DNA of 64,000 bases, taken from the NCBI GenBank assembly GCA_025355565.1, contig JANXZK010000022.1:3490-67489 (forward strand), read 5' to 3'. Source of the stretch: a bacterium (lineage in GTDB: Bacteria; Patescibacteriota; Minisyncoccia; Phycocordibacterales; PALSA-1337). Position 1 is the first letter of the stretch. Each line of letters starts with the position of its first letter. Position numbers and translations under genes: made by a program. Positions 27,133 to 35,358 of this stretch are shown piece by piece. A model generated the notes under the pieces. That model saw nothing but the letters and a program-made list of their open reading frames with translations, had not been told where the DNA came from and searched no databases.

Positions 27133-28452
27133 ATGGCATCTAGAGATTTCTTTAAAGGCAAGAGGGTTGCAGTGGTCGGATTGGGTCCATTTGGTGAGAT
27201 GGTAGAAGACGTAAAATATCTCATCAAAGCAGGTGCTCTTGTAGCGATCTATGACCTGCGAAGCGAAGCGAGACTCAAGAGTCATCTCATCTTCTTGCGT
27301 TCTATAGGATTGGCTAACTATGTTTGTGGATCTATACCTGTAGACGACCTTTTCGATATGGATATGATCATTTTGTCTCACGAATATCCGAGAGATTCAT
27401 CGTTCTTGAAAGAAGTCATCGCTAAAAAGATCCCCGTTGAATATCCGGAGACGGTATTTTTCAAACAGGCACCACCAATCAGCGTGATCGGGGTCTTGGG
27501 TATGTGTGGAAAATCGACAGTCGTCTCGATGTTAACACCGATGTTGGAGCATGCTTGTCGAGAATTCGGAGATCAAAAACTCTATTGTATCGACCCAGAA
27601 TCGGGCGAGGGTACGATGGCACATTTGAAGAAGATCAAAAGTGGTGATCTAGTCCTCATGCGTGTCACAGAACCGATGGCCATCGAACTTCATGCTATGC
27701 GCATGAGTCCACACGTGGTGATATTTACGACGCTTCCGACCAAAAGTACATACTCTGATGCCGCTTTCGAGTTGCTCGAATATCAGACTTATAACAACTT
27801 TATCATTGGTAATGATAAAGTGATCGATCTCATTCACGCATTGAAGATACAACCAAAAGCCAAAATGCTTCGTACAAAAGCAAACATCATTCCTGAATCG
27901 TGGCAATTCGTCGGTCGAGGCGATCACGATAAGGACAATGCGTCCCTCGCTCTGCAAGCCGCTCGATTGTTCAAGGTGGAAGATGATGTTGCAGAAAGGA
28001 TGTTTAAGGCATGGAAACCACTGAAGGGAAGGATGGAATTGGTTAAGAAGGTGAAGAATGTAGAATTCTATAATGATACAGCTTCGGTCGTCTCATGCTC
28101 GACGGAGGTTGCGGTAAAATCATTGTCTGAGAACAAAAATCTCGTTCTGGTCTTAGGTGGTGCGCAGACTGGTTGTGATTATAAAGAATTGTTTACCGTC
28201 ATACCGCAATATACACATGCCGTTATTCTCGTTCCAGGTTCAGGCACGATACGTGAGAGGGAGTATCTGCGAAATATGAAAGATGTGAATGTCATCTCAG
28301 CACCTTCGATAGAAGAGGCGACGCGTCTCGCCATGGAAAACGCCAAAAAAGGCGATCGGGTACTATTTAGTCCAGGTTTTGAAGCATATGGTTTTGACGG
28401 TTCGAGGCGTGAAAGGGGGGAGAGGTTTGTGAGAGCTGTGAGGAGTTTGTAG
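27133..28452 (+). CDS. murD: divergent MurD-like Mur ligase
   Basis: VAVVGLG, P-loop GMCGKST, FYNDTAS, LVLGG and GDRVLFSPG...ERGERF tail. The central DHLD motif is missing. Confidence 0.75.
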   Translation: MASRDFFKGKRVAVVGLGPFGEMVEDVKYLIKAGALVAIYDLRSEARLKSHLIFLRSIGLANYVCGSIPVDDLFDMDMIILSHEYPRDSSFLKEVIAKKIPVEYPETVFFKQAPPISVIGVLGMCGKSTVVSMLTPMLEHACREFGDQKLYCIDPESGEGTMAHLKKIKSGDLVLMRVTEPMAIELHAMRMSPHVVIFTTLPTKSTYSDAAFELLEYQTYNNFIIGNDKVIDLIHALKIQPKAKMLRTKANIIPESWQFVGRGDHDKDNASLALQAARLFKVEDDVAERMFKAWKPLKGRMELVKKVKNVEFYNDTASVVSCSTEVAVKSLSENKNLVLVLGGAQTGCDYKELFTVIPQYTHAVILVPGSGTIREREYLRNMKDVNVISAPSIEEATRLAMENAKKGDRVLFSPGFEAYGFDGSRRERGERFVRAVRSL

Positions 28453-28458
28453 TTTGTC

Positions 28459-28588
28459 GGAAAATAACAGAGAGAAGTCACCCTCGAGACACGAAAAAGT
28501 CCTGCAGGACTTTTTCTCGGCTTCAGAAATTTATTGCTATAAATTTCTTGCAGATGGTCTCTCAGATGACTTCTCTCTGTTATTTTCC
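28459..28588. repeat. 130-bp multi-hairpin palindromic element (MITE/REP-like)
   Basis: Perfect 22-bp terminal inverted repeat, internal 24-bp palindrome gaaaaagtcctgcaggactttttc, and an agaaattta/taaatttct hairpin. Confidence 0.85.
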
Positions 28589-28753
28589 TTCGTCAACGAT
28601 CTCTGTCTTCACGTTGCCGTCCGGGGCGATCTCCTTGACTAGGAGAGTCATGCCGCAATGGTTGCATTCTACGACCATACCGGGAGTGATATTTGGATAT
28701 TTAGAGAGATCAACTGTGTTCTTGCATTCTGGACAAACGAGTAGAGTATTCAT
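28580..28753 (-). CDS. LysW-like zinc-ribbon small protein
   Basis: 57 aa, CPEC...G.VVECNHCG..L.V spacing as in LysW. It ends EIVDEGK rather than EDWGE. Confidence 0.7.
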   Translation of the reverse strand: MNTLLVCPECKNTVDLSKYPNITPGMVVECNHCGMTLLVKEIAPDGNVKTEIVDEGK

Positions 28754-28847
28754 GGCTTTGAAATTTTGTTGAAACATGATTTTATTAATGCGCTAAATAA
28801 AAAGCGTTCTTTCAATAATAATAGAAAAAGTGTAGGATTACAAGGGT

Positions 28848-29747
28848 ATGATAATAGACGTGATCACACCACAAGAAAAATACCCAGCGCTCGCGAAAAT
28901 CATCGGTCTATCAGGATTGTATTTTAAACGCGAAGACCTGCATCCATACGGATCGCACAAAGGCCGTTCGATACCTACCATGATCGATCGATATGTGGCT
29001 AGCGGGTCGAAAGATTTCGTTATTTCATCTTCAGGTAATGCGGCACTCGCCGCGGCTTTGCATGTCAAGATGCTGAATGAGAGATCCCCAATATCTCTCT
29101 CTGTCTTCGTCGGACATCATATCGCTCCACATAAATTGGAAAAACTGAAAGCCCTGGAGGACGCAAATATTCGTGTTTTGATCAAGGAGAGGCCTCTTCA
29201 AGCGCTTACTATAGCTAGTCAGGAAGGGGCTACGGGATTACGCCAATCGACTGACGACAGCGCTCTCATAGGATACGAGGCTCTAGCGCGAGAATTGGGG
29301 CTTATACAGGGTATTGGAGCCATATTTGTAGGTACTTCTAGCGGTACTACAGCACAGGCTCTAGCAACGTATTTTAGTGCAAAAGATGGATATGGAAAAG
29401 GAGGTGGGAAGTCGGTTCAGGTCCATATCGTGCAGACCTCTGGTTGTCATCCGATCTCTGATGGAATGGAGATTTTTGATGGCAAAGAAGAAGAGTCTCT
29501 AGCTGACGCTATCGTTGACCGAACGGCGATGCGCAAATCTAGATTGGTGTCTTTGATCAAAAAAACTGGTGGCAATGCTTGGGTGGCGACGAATGATGAG
29601 ATCATCGCGGCGCGAGATATGGTTTTCGAAAATACAGGATTGGATATTTCTACGAATAGCGCGTTGTCTGTCGTCGGGGCGATGCAAGCAGTCTATCGAG
29701 GTTGGGAGATTGATGGGGATGTGGTCTGTATGATTTGCGGAGAGTAG
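28848..29747 (+). CDS. PLP-dependent fold-type II enzyme (threonine synthase/PALP family)
   Basis: LYFKRED.HP.GSHKGR Schiff-base lysine motif, SSSGNAA, and the GTSSGTT phosphate loop. Confidence 0.85.
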   Translation: MIIDVITPQEKYPALAKIIGLSGLYFKREDLHPYGSHKGRSIPTMIDRYVASGSKDFVISSSGNAALAAALHVKMLNERSPISLSVFVGHHIAPHKLEKLKALEDANIRVLIKERPLQALTIASQEGATGLRQSTDDSALIGYEALARELGLIQGIGAIFVGTSSGTTAQALATYFSAKDGYGKGGGKSVQVHIVQTSGCHPISDGMEIFDGKEEESLADAIVDRTAMRKSRLVSLIKKTGGNAWVATNDEIIAARDMVFENTGLDISTNSALSVVGAMQAVYRGWEIDGDVVCMICGE

Positions 29748-29756
29748 TCATAGTAC

Positions 29757-29838
29757 ATGAACTAATCCCACATCTGCCCCCTCACTCCCTCGCAAAGAGT
29801 GCTCGGTCGTTCGAGGGTGAGATGCGGGATTAGTTCAT
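29757..29838. repeat. palindromic REP-like element between convergent genes
   Basis: 19-bp inverted repeat atgaactaatcccacatct / agatgcgggattagttcat (one mismatch) with internal hairpins. Confidence 0.8.
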
Positions 29839-31293
29839 TTGACCACCTATCATTCTTACAACCTCTTCTATCATCCCCCGGAATCCATGCGAGCCGAGAA
29901 AAGCGATCACGTCGCCTTTGTTCGTATTTGAAATCAGATATTCGACGAGAGCTTTGTCGTCATCAATAAAGATAGTATTTTTTTGTGTTTTAGAAATAGT
30001 TGCAGCAAGTTCATCACCTTCCATCGGAGCCGCCGAATCATCTGAGGCAACTTTCAGTTTAGTTAAACGCGGAATGATGACTCGGTCTGCATCTCTGAAA
30101 GCATCGTCATATTTCGCAGCCGATGCTCGCTCGCGCCCACCAATATTTGGTTCGAAGATGGTGATAATTTTTCCCCCATCTTTGCCGCCATAGATTTCTT
30201 TCAGCGTCACCAGAACTGACACAGCTTTTTCTGGTGAATGGGCGATATCATCGATGACTGTTATGCCTTTCATAGTCGAGTTACCATCCAGACGTTTTTC
30301 CATTCTCCTTTTTAATCCCTTGAATTTGGCTATCGCATCGATGATCTTGTCTGATCCAATACCTATAGATGTTGCCATCGCGAAACAGCCTGTGATATTC
30401 TCTGCTTGATAGCTTCCGAGAAGGGGTGAATGTATGTGAAATGAATCACTACCATGTGAAATGCTAAAATCCATGCCCGAGGAAGATTGTTTTATATTTG
30501 AATAGGTGAAATCTGGTGATGTCGAATCGGCGCCTCGATCCCGAGTGCTGATACCATACGTAATGACCTTGCCTTTATATGAACCGATCACTCTCTCTAT
30601 TCCAACCTGTCCTGCACGTGCGACTAGCTGTCCATCTTTACCCATTATCGCCAATAATTTATCGAAGGCTTCGAAGTAGCTCGCTTCTGTCGGATACAAG
30701 TCTGCATGATCCCAGGATACGGCCGTCAAAAGCAGATGAGTCGGCCGGTAATGAAAGAATTTTGCGCGCTGGTCTGTTGGGGAACTCTTGTACTCGTCGC
30801 CTTCGAAAACGCTCCACTTGGAGTCTCCCAATTTTGCTGACGAATCGTGTGACAACGAAATACCGCCAAACATATAGCTTGGGTCCATCTGCGCTTCATT
30901 CAATATGAATGAAAGCAGTGCCGAAGAAGAAGTTTTGCCCCAAGTCCCGGAACAGACGATGGAGTTTTCTTTAACGAAATATCGCCCGAGGATTTCAGGG
31001 TATGAGAACATAGGTAAGTTGTGTTCCTTGGCGTATACAGTCTCCGGATTGTGGCTACCGGAAGCGGATCCGACCATGACGGCGTCAGGCATACCTCCTT
31101 CTACCATCTTTTCCGGATGCCAACCGGCATAAAAAGTCACACCTTGTTTTTCAAGCTCTGTTGAAACAGGAGGGAAGAAGCCTTTGTCGGAGCCGGTTAC
31201 GACAACACCGCGTCTCTTCAGGGCGATAGCGATCGCGCTCATGGCGACGCCGCAGATGCCGATAACGTGGATTTTTCTTGGTAGCTGATTCAT
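29830..31293 (-). CDS. MurC/Mpl-family UDP-MurNAc peptide ligase
   Basis: IHVIGICGVAMS, GSD, GTWGKTSS, EGDEY, WDHAD, GLKRR and DDIAHSP motifs. Confidence 0.88.
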   Translation of the reverse strand: MNQLPRKIHVIGICGVAMSAIAIALKRRGVVVTGSDKGFFPPVSTELEKQGVTFYAGWHPEKMVEGGMPDAVMVGSASGSHNPETVYAKEHNLPMFSYPEILGRYFVKENSIVCSGTWGKTSSSALLSFILNEAQMDPSYMFGGISLSHDSSAKLGDSKWSVFEGDEYKSSPTDQRAKFFHYRPTHLLLTAVSWDHADLYPTEASYFEAFDKLLAIMGKDGQLVARAGQVGIERVIGSYKGKVITYGISTRDRGADSTSPDFTYSNIKQSSSGMDFSISHGSDSFHIHSPLLGSYQAENITGCFAMATSIGIGSDKIIDAIAKFKGLKRRMEKRLDGNSTMKGITVIDDIAHSPEKAVSVLVTLKEIYGGKDGGKIITIFEPNIGGRERASAAKYDDAFRDADRVIIPRLTKLKVASDDSAAPMEGDELAATISKTQKNTIFIDDDKALVEYLISNTNKGDVIAFLGSHGFRGMIEEVVRMIGGQMN

Positions 31294-31952
31294 GAGAGTA
31301 ATCTTTTTATAGTTTCAACATCAGTTTGCCAAGTCTTGCCATCGAACCATTCTAGTCCTTCGAATTGGAGTTTGTATAGGCTTGATCGATTTTGCAGGGA
31401 GCCGAGATAGATGTATTCGAGTCCATCTCTTTTGGCTTGATCGATCGCCGCTGTCATCATGCCAAGTCCCATATCTTTTGGTGATTTCATTAGATCATAA
31501 AATGGATATGAATAGTGCATCAATCTAGATATTTTATCCACGTACGTGATCGCGTATCCTAGAGTAGCATTATCTTTTGTGAATGAGATCAGAGTATTGA
31601 AATTGCTCTTTGTCACATCGGTGAGCATTTCTTTTATCTTTTGAGCACTCATGATGCCATTGCCAAATTTGGTTGAGTAAAAATCTTTTGCGAGCTTGCC
31701 GATTCGAAAGTCATATGGATTCACCGGAAATGGTAGATGTGTGTATCTCATCGCGAATCCTTCATTTTTTTTCAATATACGTCGATTCTCGCTCGATAGG
31801 GCAAATTTTCTGAGATCGATGCGCACAGAACGAGTCTGCTGCATGACACCACGGCCGAGACGAGTGAAGGCATAGCCATCGACGAACATCTTGTTGATAT
31901 TCTCGGGTGAGAAGTCGGTAATGGTTTGTTCGTTCCAGTGCAAGTAAGTCAT
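31290..31952 (-). CDS. ATE1/Bpt-like aminoacyl-tRNA-dependent transferase (GNAT fold)
   Basis: SVRIDL..F.LS...RRI.KKN, Y.FYD.....LG......I..AK..GL.YIYLG and YK..F motifs match the ATE C-terminal domain pattern. Confidence 0.75.
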   Translation of the reverse strand: MTYLHWNEQTITDFSPENINKMFVDGYAFTRLGRGVMQQTRSVRIDLRKFALSSENRRILKKNEGFAMRYTHLPFPVNPYDFRIGKLAKDFYSTKFGNGIMSAQKIKEMLTDVTKSNFNTLISFTKDNATLGYAITYVDKISRLMHYSYPFYDLMKSPKDMGLGMMTAAIDQAKRDGLEYIYLGSLQNRSSLYKLQFEGLEWFDGKTWQTDVETIKRLLS

Positions 31953-31964
31953 GTCTTGTGTCTT

Positions 31965-33092
31965 TCAATGAAGTGCCATCCAGAATCCGAATATTACGAA
32001 AAAGAAATGTGTGATCCAAAATCGCATGACGGTTTTCTCTTCGCTCCAACCTTTGAGCTCGAAGTGATGATGGAGAGGCGCCATGCGAAAGACTTTGCGG
32101 CCGAAAATATAACGTGAAGTGACTTGGATGACAACGCTCAGCGCTTCGATATAAAAGATGAAACCGAGGAACAATAGGGCGCTAGTTTCTCCGATCGCCA
32201 TGGCATTCACAGCGAGAAGCGCGCCCAAGCCCAAACTGCCGACATCGCCCATCATGAATCGAGCAGGTTTGATATTGAAATACGTGTATGCGACGAGCGC
32301 GCCGACAGTTGTGGCGTTTAGGATAGCGATTTCACCGAAACCATTTACCCACGAAAGAAATGTCAGGGCACTAAATGTGATGATAAGTGTCCCTCCCGCA
32401 AGTCCGTCCATACCATCTGCGATATTCACGGCGTTAGCGGTAAACATCACGATGAAGATGATGATAGGGATGATCAATATTCCCGCGTCGATGGATATGT
32501 CAAAAGGAAAATATATATAATGCCATGCAGGCCCCAATTTCGCGTAGATCCACCATGCTGTCAGGGTACCAGCGATGAATTGGAGAATGAGTTTTTCGTG
32601 CACAAAGATGCCTTTACCAGGCCTCGACCCAAACCAAACTGACATGCGTTTGAAGGCTGTCCAAGGTAAAGTGATGATGTACCAGATACGCATACGGATG
32701 TCTTTGTGGACACGTATCAGTCTCATCACGTGTCCCAATTTTCTAGAATATCTTTCGCGACCATATATATTCATAAAGTCATCGATCGCGCCCAGGGTGG
32801 CAGACAGGAGCATCACACCGATCGGAACCCATGTAAAGTTCCGAGACCAATTGAAGAATATAGTGATGATCGCGACTGTCAGAATGACGAGTAGTCCTCC
32901 CATGACTGGCGTATTGTTCTTGTATGAATGCGAACCGAGTCTTGCCAGCTCAGTTTTTGTACCTTTTACGACATGCAGTTTATAGAGGATCTTTGATAAT
33001 AAAGGAGCCCAAATGAAGGCCACAACCGCTCCTATTAACACAAAACTCAATATATAGGCCAGATCTGCCGTGCCCTGCAATATCGTTATCAT
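31965..33092 (-). CDS. mraY: phospho-N-acetylmuramoyl-pentapeptide transferase
   Basis: TPVMGG, IDD, NAVNIADGMDGL, MGDVGSL and MAPLHHHFE motifs. Confidence 0.96.
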   Translation of the reverse strand: MITILQGTADLAYILSFVLIGAVVAFIWAPLLSKILYKLHVVKGTKTELARLGSHSYKNNTPVMGGLLVILTVAIITIFFNWSRNFTWVPIGVMLLSATLGAIDDFMNIYGRERYSRKLGHVMRLIRVHKDIRMRIWYIITLPWTAFKRMSVWFGSRPGKGIFVHEKLILQFIAGTLTAWWIYAKLGPAWHYIYFPFDISIDAGILIIPIIIFIVMFTANAVNIADGMDGLAGGTLIITFSALTFLSWVNGFGEIAILNATTVGALVAYTYFNIKPARFMMGDVGSLGLGALLAVNAMAIGETSALLFLGFIFYIEALSVVIQVTSRYIFGRKVFRMAPLHHHFELKGWSEEKTVMRFWITHFFFVIFGFWMALH

Positions 33093-33114
33093 GTTGGATA
33101 CAATACCACATCTA

Positions 33115-33936
33115 TCACATCCACTTCAATCTACGAACTTCAGTTTTGGACTTTGTCGCTCGAATAAAAAGACGGTTGTTCTCACCGGTCCTGCCATTTT
33201 CGTCCCACAGAGCATTTGTGATCGGTCTCCTCATATCAGCTATCTGAATGGTGCCTTGTCGTATACCGGTACCATAAATACCATCTTCCGGATAGGCGAC
33301 GGCATGTGAGTAATACAGTTTGAATGGAGTAAAATTCTGGTAGTCGATTTGATGAATAACGAGGATATGGTCACGTTCGTTATCGAAAATCTCGATTGAT
33401 CGATCGGCTGTCGGTTGGTTGGTCACAGACTGACCGGCCATCGTGATCATGTCACCTGGCTTGATCAGGTCGATCGGGACTAATAGGCTGTTTTTGTCGT
33501 GGGCGAGTGTCGCAACATCACAATTCTCTATCGGACGCAGGGAACAACGGATCTTGCCGATGATACTCGTGCAATTGATGAATGAAAGGTGCTTGTCTAT
33601 GGTGCCCCTACCGAGTTCCTGTGATTCGGCATTCAAGATATAGTAAGCAAAGCCGGAACAATCTATGCCGATATTTCTGTCAATCAATATCTTTTTTAGA
33701 GTTTTATCTGATAACTGGTCTGAAGGTAGATGGTCCCTGGTCATGATCGATTCTACCTCTTCGAATATCTCTTTTGGACTGCCTTTGCCGATGAAAGTTC
33801 TCAAGGCTATCCGTGACCGTGCCGTCTTGTTATTGAAGTACGGAACAGATGTCGTAGTCGTGCCGACAGTGAAGTGTCTGTATTGATCGATGATGGAGAG
33901 CGCGCGATTGGAAAGTATTTTGGTATTCATTGGCAC
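33115..33936 (-). CDS. NlpC/P60 (papain-like) amidase/peptidase-like protein
   Basis: GIDCSGF catalytic Cys motif, PGD, downstream HI and YSH. No signal peptide. Confidence 0.7.
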   Translation of the reverse strand: MPMNTKILSNRALSIIDQYRHFTVGTTTTSVPYFNNKTARSRIALRTFIGKGSPKEIFEEVESIMTRDHLPSDQLSDKTLKKILIDRNIGIDCSGFAYYILNAESQELGRGTIDKHLSFINCTSIIGKIRCSLRPIENCDVATLAHDKNSLLVPIDLIKPGDMITMAGQSVTNQPTADRSIEIFDNERDHILVIHQIDYQNFTPFKLYYSHAVAYPEDGIYGTGIRQGTIQIADMRRPITNALWDENGRTGENNRLFIRATKSKTEVRRLKWM

Positions 33937-33938
33937 TA

Positions 33939-35225
33939 TTATACCGCGAGATTGAGATGCGCGCTTTTTATGGCCTCGGCGATCTCTTGGCCGTGTTTGT
34001 TAAACGAGCCGTGATCTTCCATGACGCCTTTTTCTGATTGGACACGGAGAAGGTCGGCATTGTATCCAGTGTTCTGGTAGGCGACTACTGTGTATCCGAG
34101 TTTTTGCAATTTAGCGGAAACATCATCGAATATGTCTTGGATATGTTTTGTCACGCGCTGGACGACTTGTGCGCCACCATCGATCTGGATCAGGTCTTGA
34201 TCGATAGGGAGGCCAGTGATCGCTCGGACATGAGCCTCAAAAGTAGTCAAACCTCTCGCTCCTCCCGCACGAGCTCTCTCTTGTAGCGCGGACTCGAATG
34301 TCGATGATGCTGGTTGACGCGCGTTGACTTCTATCAGGAATATGCGGCCACTCTTTTCGTGTTTGATGAGGTCTATACCAAAGAGACCTCTCCACCCTTC
34401 CGCTTGGAGTCGGGCACCGATCTCCTTTGTCATGTTATCAATATATTGTATATCATCTGTTGTAAGGAGTTTTTTTGCTAACGACCAATCGTTACCGACT
34501 GTACTAAATGAGCCATCCGTAAATGGTTGCATGCCCGTTATCTGATAGCTCACATTTCCAATCAAGATACGATTTGGGGTGATTATGACGTTCACTGTGT
34601 ATGAAGGCCCAGAGACAAAGCCACTGATGCGCGCTATCCTCTCTGGGAATTTTTCTTGTACAGCTCGGAGGTCGTCAAAAGTTTTGATGAGTATCGTGCC
34701 ATCGCCGGTGTGTCCATGATTCCACTGGATGATGAACGGGTTCTCACCTTTCCACGTGATCTGTTTGGTGACTTTGACCGCGTGCGGAGGTAAATACTTC
34801 GCGGCGAGATTACCCAACCAACGAATCTGACTGATCTTGTTCTCGACTCGCTCCGAGAGTGATGCCGCGGGGTTCAATAGTTTACAGGTCAAAAGGTTGG
34901 CTGATGTCTCAACACGGATAGTATTCTTGAAGACGAGAATAGAGATCGGAGATTGGACACTGGAGATTTGCGAACTCGTCGCGGTAGATCCTGATCTCAA
35001 TCTAGCGATCAGAGCTAGCGTGTTTCCGTGGGCCAAAAGGTCAGTCGTACCTAGGAGACCTTTTTCATTCGGTTCGACGAGTGTGACAAAATCTGGGTAT
35101 TGTGTCTGCACGATCTCGCCATATTTCGTCTTGTTGGAAACTATGTGGTAATTTTTACTTGGTTCCATGCCTAGCGCTCTTTCGATTTCTCTGGTGACGT
35201 ATATGATGATGGTGTTTGTGTTCAT
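33939..35225 (-). CDS. ATP-grasp ligase, substrate unknown
   Basis: ENK, PFIIQ...GHTGDGT loop, GLFGIDLI and LIEVNAR motifs. The ATG at 35225 is chosen as start. Confidence 0.8.
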   Translation of the reverse strand: MNTNTIIIYVTREIERALGMEPSKNYHIVSNKTKYGEIVQTQYPDFVTLVEPNEKGLLGTTDLLAHGNTLALIARLRSGSTATSSQISSVQSPISILVFKNTIRVETSANLLTCKLLNPAASLSERVENKISQIRWLGNLAAKYLPPHAVKVTKQITWKGENPFIIQWNHGHTGDGTILIKTFDDLRAVQEKFPERIARISGFVSGPSYTVNVIITPNRILIGNVSYQITGMQPFTDGSFSTVGNDWSLAKKLLTTDDIQYIDNMTKEIGARLQAEGWRGLFGIDLIKHEKSGRIFLIEVNARQPASSTFESALQERARAGGARGLTTFEAHVRAITGLPIDQDLIQIDGGAQVVQRVTKHIQDIFDDVSAKLQKLGYTVVAYQNTGYNADLLRVQSEKGVMEDHGSFNKHGQEIAEAIKSAHLNLAV

Positions 35226-35260
35226 AGTTTGCAGTCTAATACAAAACTGCCAGAATCTCA

Positions 35261-35332
35261 ATACGTGCTAGACATACGTGCTAGAAATGTGTGCTAGAAA
35301 TGCAAACAGTAAACAGCAATCAGTAAACAGAA
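35261..35332. repeat. three 13-bp direct repeats followed by four 7-nt repeats in a divergent promoter region
   Basis: atacgtgctagac atacgtgctagaa atgtgtgctagaa, then aacagta aacagca atcagta aacagaa. Confidence 0.8.
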
Positions 35333-35358
35333 GAGCACAAATATGGTAATGTGATTTC

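Noticed and set aside
28580-29747. LysW-dependent lysine/arginine biosynthesis or a threonine operon
   Set aside because: No lysX/Z/Y/J/K, hom or thrB genes are in the window, and the small protein lacks the terminal EDWGE.
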